From the NCBI RefSeq assembly GCF_000012805.1, contig NC_007484.1, positions 2,070,001-2,102,000 of the forward strand: a DNA stretch of 32,000 nt, written 5' to 3'. Origin of the DNA: Nitrosococcus oceani ATCC 19707 (GTDB lineage Bacteria; Pseudomonadota; Gammaproteobacteria; Nitrosococcales; Nitrosococcaceae). This document shows, piece after piece, positions 24,502 through 32,000 of the stretch. A program made the position numbers and the translations under genes. Position 1 is the stretch's first letter; each line of letters opens with the position of its first letter. The notes below the pieces were generated by a model. The model had not been told where the DNA came from. It worked only from the letters and a program-made list of their open reading frames with translations, and made no database searches.

Positions 24502-27500
24502 ATGGCAGAACAGCAAAGCCCCGTGCTACCTCTTTCGGGGATGGTGCTCTTATTAGCGATTATTAGCGCGGTCGTTTATCAGGAAACTCCCTTACAAGGA
24601 TCACGCCCAACGGCGGAATTCCAGGAAGGACTCTCTGTTCAAGGCATCGAAGATGTGCCAGCTCGCCTGTGGCAAGATCCCTTTGCCGCAGTGAAACGCA
24701 ATTCTATCCGCAAGGATGATACTCATCCATCGGAGAAGGATATTTCACCCTGTCAGTCTGATAAACCTGTTCTTCGTCACACCCTTTTCGAGCTTTTTTG
24801 CCAAATTAAAAAGGAGCAGCGAGCTGATGCCGCGGCAACCCCACTCATCGTAATGGGAGTAATGATGTTCGGCGGTCCTTATGCTGAAAGCAGCGAATGG
24901 CGGTTACGTAGCCGCTATACGGTAGTCTCTGCGCTAGGCAGAGCAAATTATATCCCCAAAGACTCTGAGCATATTGGCTTCGTAGACCTGCTGAAAAGCA
25001 GCAGTTGTTCAAAAGAAAATATAGAAAATTGTCCGGCAGCCAAGCTCCCACGTATTATTCCCTATGAATGGTTTTACCCTGCTGACAATGAGAAACACCC
25101 TCCTCTACTGGTGCTTTGGCTTGATGACGGCGCCTTCGGCAAGTACCCCTTAAGCAGGCTGATTGCCTTACAGCGCCTGCTCCAGCAAGAAAATAATTAT
25201 AACTTTCATTTTAAAATTCTAGGGCCGACGGGTTCAAGCAGCCTGCTGACGATGGTAAAGGAAATCGAAAATTTTTTATGGCAACAGCCCAATAGCATAA
25301 AATCACCGGCGCAAGCCGAGCATTCAGAGCTGCCCACCGATAAGCCCTCTCAGAATACCTTTGCAATCTATTCACCTTCCGCCACGGTATCAACGGGTAT
25401 AGCAGGCAAACCGTTTTCAATGCTTGAAATAAAAGAATCCCTTGCCAAGCAATTCCAACAAATTGGAATAAATTTTTATCGAACGATTAATCATGATTGG
25501 GACCTTGCCTTAACGTTAATAGACGAATTAAAGCGCCGAGGAATCAATGTTATTTGCGATCCCGGAGAGGATCACCGCCAGCCAATACCTAATAATCAAT
25601 ATAATACGGGAAACAACCTTGGTTCTGCCACCTTAGCTGACAGCAAAGACACACTTGAAGCACACACGGATCATATCGTACTTATTGCCGAATGGGATAC
25701 ACTTTATGGACGCTCTCTACCAAAATATTTTGAATGCGCGATTGCAGCTCGGCACGTTCATCTAAGCACGAATCTCCCTCAGACAAAATCACCCATCAAA
25801 CAGCATTGTGAAACACAATGGATTCACCGGTTCAGCTACCTTCGTGGCATTGATGGACAACTCCCCGGCAAACAGCAGCCAAGAAGCACAAAAAATTTTC
25901 AACCGACTGCAAAAAACAACTCGATCGAAACAATTACCCTAGATAGGAAAAAGCAAATTGAGCGGCCAGTGGGAAGAGGCCAATTCGACTATATACACCG
26001 GCTTTCCCGACAGATTTACAGGCTCCAAAAAGAATTACAGCGAGACAATAAAGAGATCAAAGCCATCGGCGTCCTGGGCAGTGACGTCTACGATAAATTG
26101 CTAATATTACAGGCCCTCAAAAACCGTTTTCCAAACGCTATATTCTTTACCACCGATCTCGATGCCCGCCTCTTTCACCCCGCCGAATATGAATGGGCTA
26201 GAAATTTGGTCGTCGCTTCGTCTTTCGGCCTCCAATTAAACCCTCAATTACAGCAAGACATACCACCTTTCAGAAGTGCTTATCAGACGTCACTATTCTA
26301 TGCCGCCTTGCTTGCCATCACCCATGCTCATCCTGGACGGCAGGATCTTTTTCAAAAACTCCTTGGACCCGCGCCTTCTTCTTCGTCGCCTACCCAGAGG
26401 CAACTAAGCCAAGACAGGCTACAAAAATTACTTAAACCTCGAATCTTTGAAATCGGTTATAGCGGCCCTGTCGATCTTAGTGTGCAAGACTCTCACTTAC
26501 ATGTACCGCGGGAAAATCCTTTTACTCAGCCTCACCCTGTATATAGCATAATTGCCTTGGTGCTGTTGTCGCTCCTATTATATTTATCCAGCGATCCGGT
26601 GATGAATGGTATCCACGCTATTTTTAAAGGCATCAGAACCCATCCTGTTGGCTCCTTTCTGGGAGTTATCTTATTTGCCGCAGCCATCACGGTACTCCTA
26701 TTATGGCTACTGCCCGCCATAATCCTCGCCCAGGGGGAAGGATGGTGGCGAGAGGAAGATCCCGTATTATGGTTCGAAGGAATCAGCATTTGGCCCAGTG
26801 AACTGCTCAGAATAACTGCCGCCTTGCTTGCCTTCCTATTTATCCGTAAAGCATCCCACGATATCCAAAATAGTAATAAGGCCCTCACGCAAGCATTTTT
26901 GTTACCGCAGCAACCCAACGGTCAATTAGCGAGAAATGTTTTAAAAAAAACCAGAATGGGAATTCTGATTCACAGATGGCAGCAAGCGGGCGTTTCAGGC
27001 CAACGAGATGTCACCACCCTCTGGCAACAACATCTTGCCCTTAGCGCCAAATGGCCACGCCTGAAGCGGGTTATGCTCTACGTAATCCTGTTTCTTGGCT
27101 TTGGTTTTTCTTTAATGGAGTTGCTTGGCTATCCCAACCACCCTTATCGCGGCGATTTCAGCCGCTGGATTAATTTCTCGGTATTGCTGTTCAGCGTCGG
27201 ATTTATGTTAATTCTAGTGTTTTGGGTCGTGGATGCCACCCGTCTATGCGCCCAATTTATCGATCATCTCTCTACGCAGGAACTTCCTTGGAATAGAGAA
27301 AAACTGGCGCTTCTTTCCCAACGGTATCAGATTACAGAGGATTATCTTGGACCGGTGCTCAAAATCAGATTAGTGGCGGATCAGACTATCGTAATCTCAC
27401 GGCTGATCATCTATCCATTTATTATCTTGGCCCTCATGATTATATCCCGCCTCTCCTATTTCGATAACTGGACCATCCCCATGGGACTGATTATTGTTTT

Positions 27501-27798
27501 TTTGCTCTTATTCCTTTATGTCCTTATCTGTGCTATCACCCTGGAGCGGGCAGCGGAAAACGCCCGCGCTCAGACTAGGGATTGGCTAATGGAAAAGCAT
27601 ATTGGCATCAAAGGAGATCCCGCCGCTCCTAACTATCGCAGCGAACAACTACAGCTTCTCATTGAAGATCTCAGAAATATTCAGCGGGGAGCCTATGTGC
27701 CTTTTATTCAGCAGCCCATGGTCAGGGCTATTTTATTACCTTTTGGAGGAGTGGGAAGCATAGCATTCATCGAATATTTATACAGCATATTGGGATAG
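24502..27798 (+). CDS. Large polytopic membrane protein of unrecognised family (1098 aa). It has an N-terminal TM anchor, a soluble region of about 650 aa and a C-terminal cluster of about 7-8 TM helices.
   Basis: This long uninterrupted ORF begins 35 nt after the preceding gene. The hydrophobic segments are:
- residues ~13-25
- ~684-702
- ~722-750
- ~770-792
- ~862-882
- ~897-920
- ~972-995
- ~1003-1028
- ~1075-1095

The soluble region contains FKILGPTGSSSLLTMV and IKAIGVLGSDVYDKLLILQALKNRFPNAIFFTTDL. These are loosely reminiscent of type-I periplasmic-binding-fold strands, but this is unverified. Confidence 0.7.
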   Translation: MAEQQSPVLPLSGMVLLLAIISAVVYQETPLQGSRPTAEFQEGLSVQGIEDVPARLWQDPFAAVKRNSIRKDDTHPSEKDISPCQSDKPVLRHTLFELFCQIKKEQRADAAATPLIVMGVMMFGGPYAESSEWRLRSRYTVVSALGRANYIPKDSEHIGFVDLLKSSSCSKENIENCPAAKLPRIIPYEWFYPADNEKHPPLLVLWLDDGAFGKYPLSRLIALQRLLQQENNYNFHFKILGPTGSSSLLTMVKEIENFLWQQPNSIKSPAQAEHSELPTDKPSQNTFAIYSPSATVSTGIAGKPFSMLEIKESLAKQFQQIGINFYRTINHDWDLALTLIDELKRRGINVICDPGEDHRQPIPNNQYNTGNNLGSATLADSKDTLEAHTDHIVLIAEWDTLYGRSLPKYFECAIAARHVHLSTNLPQTKSPIKQHCETQWIHRFSYLRGIDGQLPGKQQPRSTKNFQPTAKNNSIETITLDRKKQIERPVGRGQFDYIHRLSRQIYRLQKELQRDNKEIKAIGVLGSDVYDKLLILQALKNRFPNAIFFTTDLDARLFHPAEYEWARNLVVASSFGLQLNPQLQQDIPPFRSAYQTSLFYAALLAITHAHPGRQDLFQKLLGPAPSSSSPTQRQLSQDRLQKLLKPRIFEIGYSGPVDLSVQDSHLHVPRENPFTQPHPVYSIIALVLLSLLLYLSSDPVMNGIHAIFKGIRTHPVGSFLGVILFAAAITVLLLWLLPAIILAQGEGWWREEDPVLWFEGISIWPSELLRITAALLAFLFIRKASHDIQNSNKALTQAFLLPQQPNGQLARNVLKKTRMGILIHRWQQAGVSGQRDVTTLWQQHLALSAKWPRLKRVMLYVILFLGFGFSLMELLGYPNHPYRGDFSRWINFSVLLFSVGFMLILVFWVVDATRLCAQFIDHLSTQELPWNREKLALLSQRYQITEDYLGPVLKIRLVADQTIVISRLIIYPFIILALMIISRLSYFDNWTIPMGLIIVFLLLFLYVLICAITLERAAENARAQTRDWLMEKHIGIKGDPAAPNYRSEQLQLLIEDLRNIQRGAYVPFIQQPMVRAILLPFGGVGSIAFIEYLYSILG

Positions 27799-28016
27799 CA
27801 CCGAATTGGAAAACTTACTTAATCCCTTTTCAGGAGTTCATTCAGCCCCCCTGCTCCTTTAACAAAACCAGCGCTTAGTCCAAAAATAAGTTTAAAGCAA
27901 AGGGGGGGCAGCATGGAGCCAGGGGACACACCAGGGAGGGCGCGGGCACCCATCAAACTCTTTATTTTCGGAGAGGAAAAACGGATTTTCTTCATAGGCG
28001 ATTGTTCCTTAGCAGG

Positions 28017-29954
28017 CTAGCTTACCAACCGCTGATAAAGCATAGGCAAGACCTGGGTAAGACGATCAAGCTGACCCACGATAGCATAATCCCCTTGGCC
28101 AAATAAATAAGGAAAATAATCCTGGGCCTTGCGGTCGATAGTAATGCCAAACACTGATAACCCCGCCCGGCGGGCTTCTAAAATGGCCTGCCGGGTGTCT
28201 TCAATTCCGTAACGGCCTTCATAGCGGTCCAAGTCATTGGGTTTTCCGTCGCTCAATAAAAGCAAAAGACGGTGGCGCTCGGGGCGCGGGGCCAATTGTT
28301 GCTGAACATGGCGCAGAGCCGCACCCATGCGGGTGTAATAACCAGGCCGCAGGGCTGCAATACGCCGCAAAACCTGACTGTTGAAAGGCGCCGTGAAATC
28401 CTTCACCGTGGCTACACGGACAAAATGCCGTTTGCGCGAGGTAAACGTATAAATCCCAAAAGCATCCCCGCAGGTGGCCAGACCGGCAGCCAGCGCAGTC
28501 AAAGCTTCTTTTTCCACTTCCAGTATCCGGCGGTTATCAATCCAACTATCGGTAGATAAGGAAACATCCACCAGAATAGCCACGGCTAAATCTCGGGCCT
28601 GCTGGCGAGCCATGAGATACACCCGCTCAGAACCATTTCCGCTGGCTATTAAATCACAATGGGACCGCACCACCGCATCCATATCTGGCTCGGCGCCATC
28701 AAGCTGGCAGCGTAAGATCTCACGCCTGGGACGCAGCGCTTCGAACTGACGCCGGATTCGGCGAAGGCGGCGCCTGGCTTGGAGATCGGGCGTCCATGCC
28801 TCTCCCTCTTCCGCAGCAATCTGGGCAACAACCCGGCAATGGCGATCATGATAACCTTGGCGGCGGTAATCCCACTCTGGATAGGTAAGTTCGGCGAGCA
28901 AGGCAGCAGGATCGACATCCTCGGGTGCCAGGTCGAGATCAAATTTAAGCTTGGTGGCCGCCCTTTTCTGATGGGGGCTCAGAGTTAATTCCTCCATGGT
29001 GTCGGCAATCTCCTTGGCAGCCTCTTCCTCCTCATCCTCCACCGCCCGATTCACATTCACCATCTCGGCCCAACTGATGAGCTTTTCAAAACGGTTCAAC
29101 AACAGGGGGTCATCCCGCTCGCATTGATCCTGTCTGCTCCGCTGGGCCTGCCTTCGGAGGCCATTCTCTTCTTCTTGCCGATTGCCACCCCCATCCTCCT
29201 CGGAAGAGGGCGGCGGGGAAGCCGGGGATTTTGGGTTGCCGCTCACCTCTCCCCACAAGGGTATTGGCAAGAAAGGATGATAACGCTTGGCAGCACGCCA
29301 GTGGGTAAAATCTGGCTCTAACTGCATAATCGCCCTTAAAAACCGGTTGCCAAGAGGATGATTTGCACGCTTGTCCCCCAGTAGCGCCAGAATCGCAACT
29401 TCTAGAGCTTGCTCTTGCTCCGGTAAGGAGCGCAGTGGCCGCAACGCCCGCAAAGCCTCGCCGAGCAACTGATAGCTCCGCGCCAATCCTGGATAGTGGC
29501 GGCAAACGGTTAAGCTAGTCCAGTAGGCCCGATGCAAAAAGGCCAGATCGGCCTGGAGCGGATCCACTGGACGCTGCCGAGAAGGTAACTCCGCCAGGGC
29601 AAAAAAAGCAGCCAGCCAATAATAAAGACGCCGGTTCAGAGAAACTGACGGAAAACAGGCAATGGAAACGGGCAACAATAACCGCTCAGGACTGCATTCC
29701 GCCTGTGGCAAGCGTTCCTGATCCAGGCCCAGGCGTTGCCGTAAGCCCAACCGATGCCCCGAGGTCCGGGTTCCCCCTGCCGCCAGCGCCAGCCCCGGCG
29801 TTCCCCCCAGCCCCCGGAAGAAAACGCTGAGGGAAGCGCGCACCGAATCCAGGGCCACCGCAGCCTCCGGATGATAAGGATAGCTGGCGGTTTGCCCCAC
29901 CAGGCGGTGCCAACAGCGACCAATCTGCTCTTCCAGCTCCAGAAATTGCCACAT
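28017..29954 (-). CDS. norD: Nitric-oxide reductase activation protein NorD (VWA-domain protein, 645 aa)
   Basis: The C-terminal von Willebrand A domain has a MIDAS motif (AILVDVSLSTDSW) and LLLLSDGKPND. It lies immediately downstream of norQ (6-nt gap) in norB-Q-D order. Confidence 0.9.
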   Translation of the reverse strand: MWQFLELEEQIGRCWHRLVGQTASYPYHPEAAVALDSVRASLSVFFRGLGGTPGLALAAGGTRTSGHRLGLRQRLGLDQERLPQAECSPERLLLPVSIACFPSVSLNRRLYYWLAAFFALAELPSRQRPVDPLQADLAFLHRAYWTSLTVCRHYPGLARSYQLLGEALRALRPLRSLPEQEQALEVAILALLGDKRANHPLGNRFLRAIMQLEPDFTHWRAAKRYHPFLPIPLWGEVSGNPKSPASPPPSSEEDGGGNRQEEENGLRRQAQRSRQDQCERDDPLLLNRFEKLISWAEMVNVNRAVEDEEEEAAKEIADTMEELTLSPHQKRAATKLKFDLDLAPEDVDPAALLAELTYPEWDYRRQGYHDRHCRVVAQIAAEEGEAWTPDLQARRRLRRIRRQFEALRPRREILRCQLDGAEPDMDAVVRSHCDLIASGNGSERVYLMARQQARDLAVAILVDVSLSTDSWIDNRRILEVEKEALTALAAGLATCGDAFGIYTFTSRKRHFVRVATVKDFTAPFNSQVLRRIAALRPGYYTRMGAALRHVQQQLAPRPERHRLLLLLSDGKPNDLDRYEGRYGIEDTRQAILEARRAGLSVFGITIDRKAQDYFPYLFGQGDYAIVGQLDRLTQVLPMLYQRLVS

Positions 29955-29960
29955 GGAAAT

Positions 29961-30788
29961 TTAACCGTAGGTAGCGCGAACCAGTTCCAGCAGTCCTTCC
30001 TTGACCTGGACTTCATCGCAAAGGGGTTCTACCAAAGCCACCTGGGCGGCTTCAAAAGGATCTATCCCTTCCCTCATTAAAATAGCGCAATAAACCAAAA
30101 GGCGGGTGGAGGCTACCTCCTCCAGATCAATCCCTTTCAATGCCCGTAGCCGGTTGGCCAAATTAACCAGAGGAATGCAACGTTCCCGGGGAAAGCCGCT
30201 TTCCCTGGCGACGATTTCAACTTCCGCTTCACTGGCAGGAAAATCAAAGCTAAGGGCCACAAAACGCTGCCGGGTACTAGGTTTTAGGGACTTGAGGATA
30301 TTCTGGTAACCCGGATTATAAGAGACCACCAGCATGAACCCTGGGGGAGCCTTCAAGGTCTCCCCCGTGCGCTCCAAGGGCAGGATGCGGCGGTCATCGG
30401 TCAGCGGATGAAGTACTACGGTGACATCCTTGCGGGCCTCCACAATCTCATCCAAATAACAAATGCCCCCTTCCCGGACAGCCTGGGTCAACGGCCCATC
30501 CACCCACACCGTCTCCCCACCCTTGAGGAGATAGCGCCCGGTCAGATCAGAGGCTGTCAAATCATCGTGGCAAGAGACGGTCAACAAGGGGCGGCCCAGC
30601 CGGGCCGCCATATGGGCTACAAAACGGGTCTTGCCACAGCCGGTGGGTCCCTTGAGCAAGAGGGGGAGCCGGTAGCGATAAGCGGCTTCAAACAAGGCAC
30701 ACTCATTGCCCACCGGCAGATAAAAAGGGATTTCTTCTTCCGCCTGGCGAGAAGTTTGCGCTTCTTGCGGAAACCAGGAAGCCTTCAT
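29961..30788 (-). CDS. norQ: MoxR-class AAA+ ATPase NorQ (CbbQ/NirQ/NorQ family, 275 aa)
   Basis: It has Walker A (LLKGPTGCGKT), Walker B (ICYLDEIVEA) and a CbbQ/NorQ-type C-terminus. It sits between norB and norD. Confidence 0.9.
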   Translation of the reverse strand: MKASWFPQEAQTSRQAEEEIPFYLPVGNECALFEAAYRYRLPLLLKGPTGCGKTRFVAHMAARLGRPLLTVSCHDDLTASDLTGRYLLKGGETVWVDGPLTQAVREGGICYLDEIVEARKDVTVVLHPLTDDRRILPLERTGETLKAPPGFMLVVSYNPGYQNILKSLKPSTRQRFVALSFDFPASEAEVEIVARESGFPRERCIPLVNLANRLRALKGIDLEEVASTRLLVYCAILMREGIDPFEAAQVALVEPLCDEVQVKEGLLELVRATYG

Positions 30789-30798
30789 CTCCCGCCCC

Positions 30799-32000
30799 TT
30801 ACTTAGTGGCCGATTGCGCCCCCAGAGGCGCTACCATTTGTCCTCGAACCGGGCCTAGCACCGCGTAGATATAAAGCAGAGCGCCGATTACGAAGAAAAT
30901 TCCCGAGCCTAGGCGCAACCAATAGAAAAGGTCAATTTGCTGCTGAATCTCCATAAAATCCATGCCGAGCACACGCTGGAGATGAGTCTGAATGACTCCG
31001 GCAAAAGTCAGGGTAAAAGTCATGAACGCCATGGACCCGGTCATGATCCAAAAACTCCACATATTCAGGATTTGGTTGAAGGGCTGCAACCCCCGCAGGG
31101 CTGGTAGCGCATAGGTAAAGAAAGCTAAATTCAGCATCACATAGGCCCCATAGAAAGCCAAGTGGCCATGGGCAGCCGTTACTTGAGTACCGTGGCTATA
31201 GAAATTAACCTGGGAGAAACTGTGCATGAGCCCCCACACCCCGGCGCCAAAAAAAGCCATTACCGGACAGCCTAGACTCCACAGCATGGCGGCCCTGTTC
31301 GGGTGGTCACGACCGCTTTCATGGACCAGATAAAAAGCCCATAGCACCATAGCGAAAAAGGGAAGCACTTCCAGTACCGAAAACACGCCGCCTATCCAGT
31401 GCCAATAACTGGGAGTACCAATCCAATAATAATGATGGCCGGTGCCCAAAAGGCCGCTCACCAGGGAAAGGCCCACGATGACATAAAGCCACTTTTCAAT
31501 CACCTCCCGATCCACACCGGTTAATTTAATGAGGAGGAAAGCCAACATAGCCGCCATGATGAGTTCCCACACCCCCTCGACCCAGACATGCACCACCCAC
31601 CACCAATACAATTTATCGAGAGCTAAATTACTGGGATTATAAAAAGCAAAGAGATAAAACAAGGCTGCCCCCCACAACCCCACCAGCAAAACAATGGAAA
31701 CCACCGTCTTTCGTCCCTTGAGCACGGTCATGGTGACATTGTAGAGAAATATCACAAAGGCAACGGCCAAGAGAATTTTGACCCAAAGGGGCTGCTCCAG
31801 AAATTCGCGTCCTTCGTGGACCCCGAACAGATAGCTAATGACCGCCCCCAGCGCCGCAAAAACAAAGATTCCAAGCTGCCACCAAGCCAGCCTGGAGCTG
31901 TAAATCTCACGCTCACATTCCTCGGGTATCAAGAAGTAACTAGCACCAAAATAACCGAGCAGGAGCCATACCAACAAGGCACTGGTATGTATCATGCGGA
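30799..32000 (-). CDS. norB: Nitric-oxide reductase large subunit NorB (cNOR, heme-copper oxidase superfamily). The N-terminal approximately 55 codons lie beyond the right edge of the window.
   Basis: It aligns along its length with Pseudomonas NorB. The matches include (M)IHTSALLVWLL = MVHTNLLIVWLL, YWWWVVHVWVEGVWELI, GTGHHYYWIG, LPFFAMV and HGTQVTAAHGHLAFYGAY. The first Met in the track (31995) corresponds to an internal residue of NorB. Confidence 0.92.
   Translation of the reverse strand, partial: RMIHTSALLVWLLLGYFGASYFLIPEECEREIYSSRLAWWQLGIFVFAALGAVISYLFGVHEGREFLEQPLWVKILLAVAFVIFLYNVTMTVLKGRKTVVSIVLLVGLWGAALFYLFAFYNPSNLALDKLYWWWVVHVWVEGVWELIMAAMLAFLLIKLTGVDREVIEKWLYVIVGLSLVSGLLGTGHHYYWIGTPSYWHWIGGVFSVLEVLPFFAMVLWAFYLVHESGRDHPNRAAMLWSLGCPVMAFFGAGVWGLMHSFSQVNFYSHGTQVTAAHGHLAFYGAYVMLNLAFFTYALPALRGLQPFNQILNMWSFWIMTGSMAFMTFTLTFAGVIQTHLQRVLGMDFMEIQQQIDLFYWLRLGSGIFFVIGALLYIYAVLGPVRGQMVAPLGAQSATK

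Noticed and set aside
24845-26918. Minus-strand ORFs 24845..25051, 25211..25420 and 26532..26918 inside the 1098-aa gene
   Set aside because: They are antisense shadow frames within a long uninterrupted ORF, with no independent support.
19369-28016. Search for island hallmarks: a flanking tRNA gene, an integrase or recombinase, and direct att-like repeats at both borders
   Set aside because: I could see none by eye. There is no T-loop GGTTCGAATCC-type motif, no tyrosine or serine recombinase ORF, and no shared sequence of 12 nt or more between the two borders. The island call therefore rests on composition and on the gene debris only.
27799-30788. Possible functional link between the protease module and the adjacent MoxR-class ATPase / VWA pair, as in vWA-MoxR conflict systems
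   Set aside because: The pair is convergently oriented, is tightly coupled to norB in the canonical norBQD order, and has NorQ/NorD-type sequences. The adjacency to the protease module is best explained by the island having inserted next to the nor locus.
1-32000. CRISPR arrays, rRNA or tRNA genes, tandem repeats, and retron, DGR or group II intron signatures
   Set aside because: I saw no regularly spaced direct repeats, no reverse-transcriptase ORF and no rRNA or tRNA sequence motifs anywhere in the window.

Overview
This looks like a chromosomal segment from a proteobacterium. It is probably a gammaproteobacterium with a norCBQD nitric-oxide reductase locus; a Nitrosococcus-like origin is only a low-confidence guess. 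Conserved housekeeping blocks with higher G+C alternate with two visibly A+T-richer patches.

Gene order, left to right:
- GH63-like glucosidase (5' part only, minus strand) and an amylo-alpha-1,6-glucosidase
- RND efflux pair (permease plus membrane fusion protein)
- First AT-rich patch: orphan 2-TM protein, YmdB-like macro-domain protein, and an M48 peptidase with LemA
- GT-B glycosyltransferase and a membrane-anchored beta-beta-alpha-Me nuclease
- fetAB-like ABC exporter, a MetR-like LysR regulator, an inositol-monophosphatase-family protein and MgtE
- An approximately 8.5 kb AT-rich accessory island (about 19.4-27.9 kb)
- norD, norQ and norB (norB runs off the right edge)

The island opens with a PQQ-dehydrogenase pseudogene fragment and an IS3-family relic. 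It then carries a DedA/VTT protein and a DUF883 (ElaB/YqjD-like) protein.

The most interesting item is a compact same-strand four-gene module in this island at 22754-27798. It consists of:
- a signal-less chymotrypsin-fold serine protease with an intact His/Asp/Ser triad
- two small proteins that are stand-alone paralogs of the protease's own N-terminal, pro-region-like module
- a 1098-aa polytopic membrane protein of a family I do not recognise

I found no rRNA genes, tRNA genes or CRISPR arrays. All family calls come from reading motifs in the supplied translations. No database search was run.
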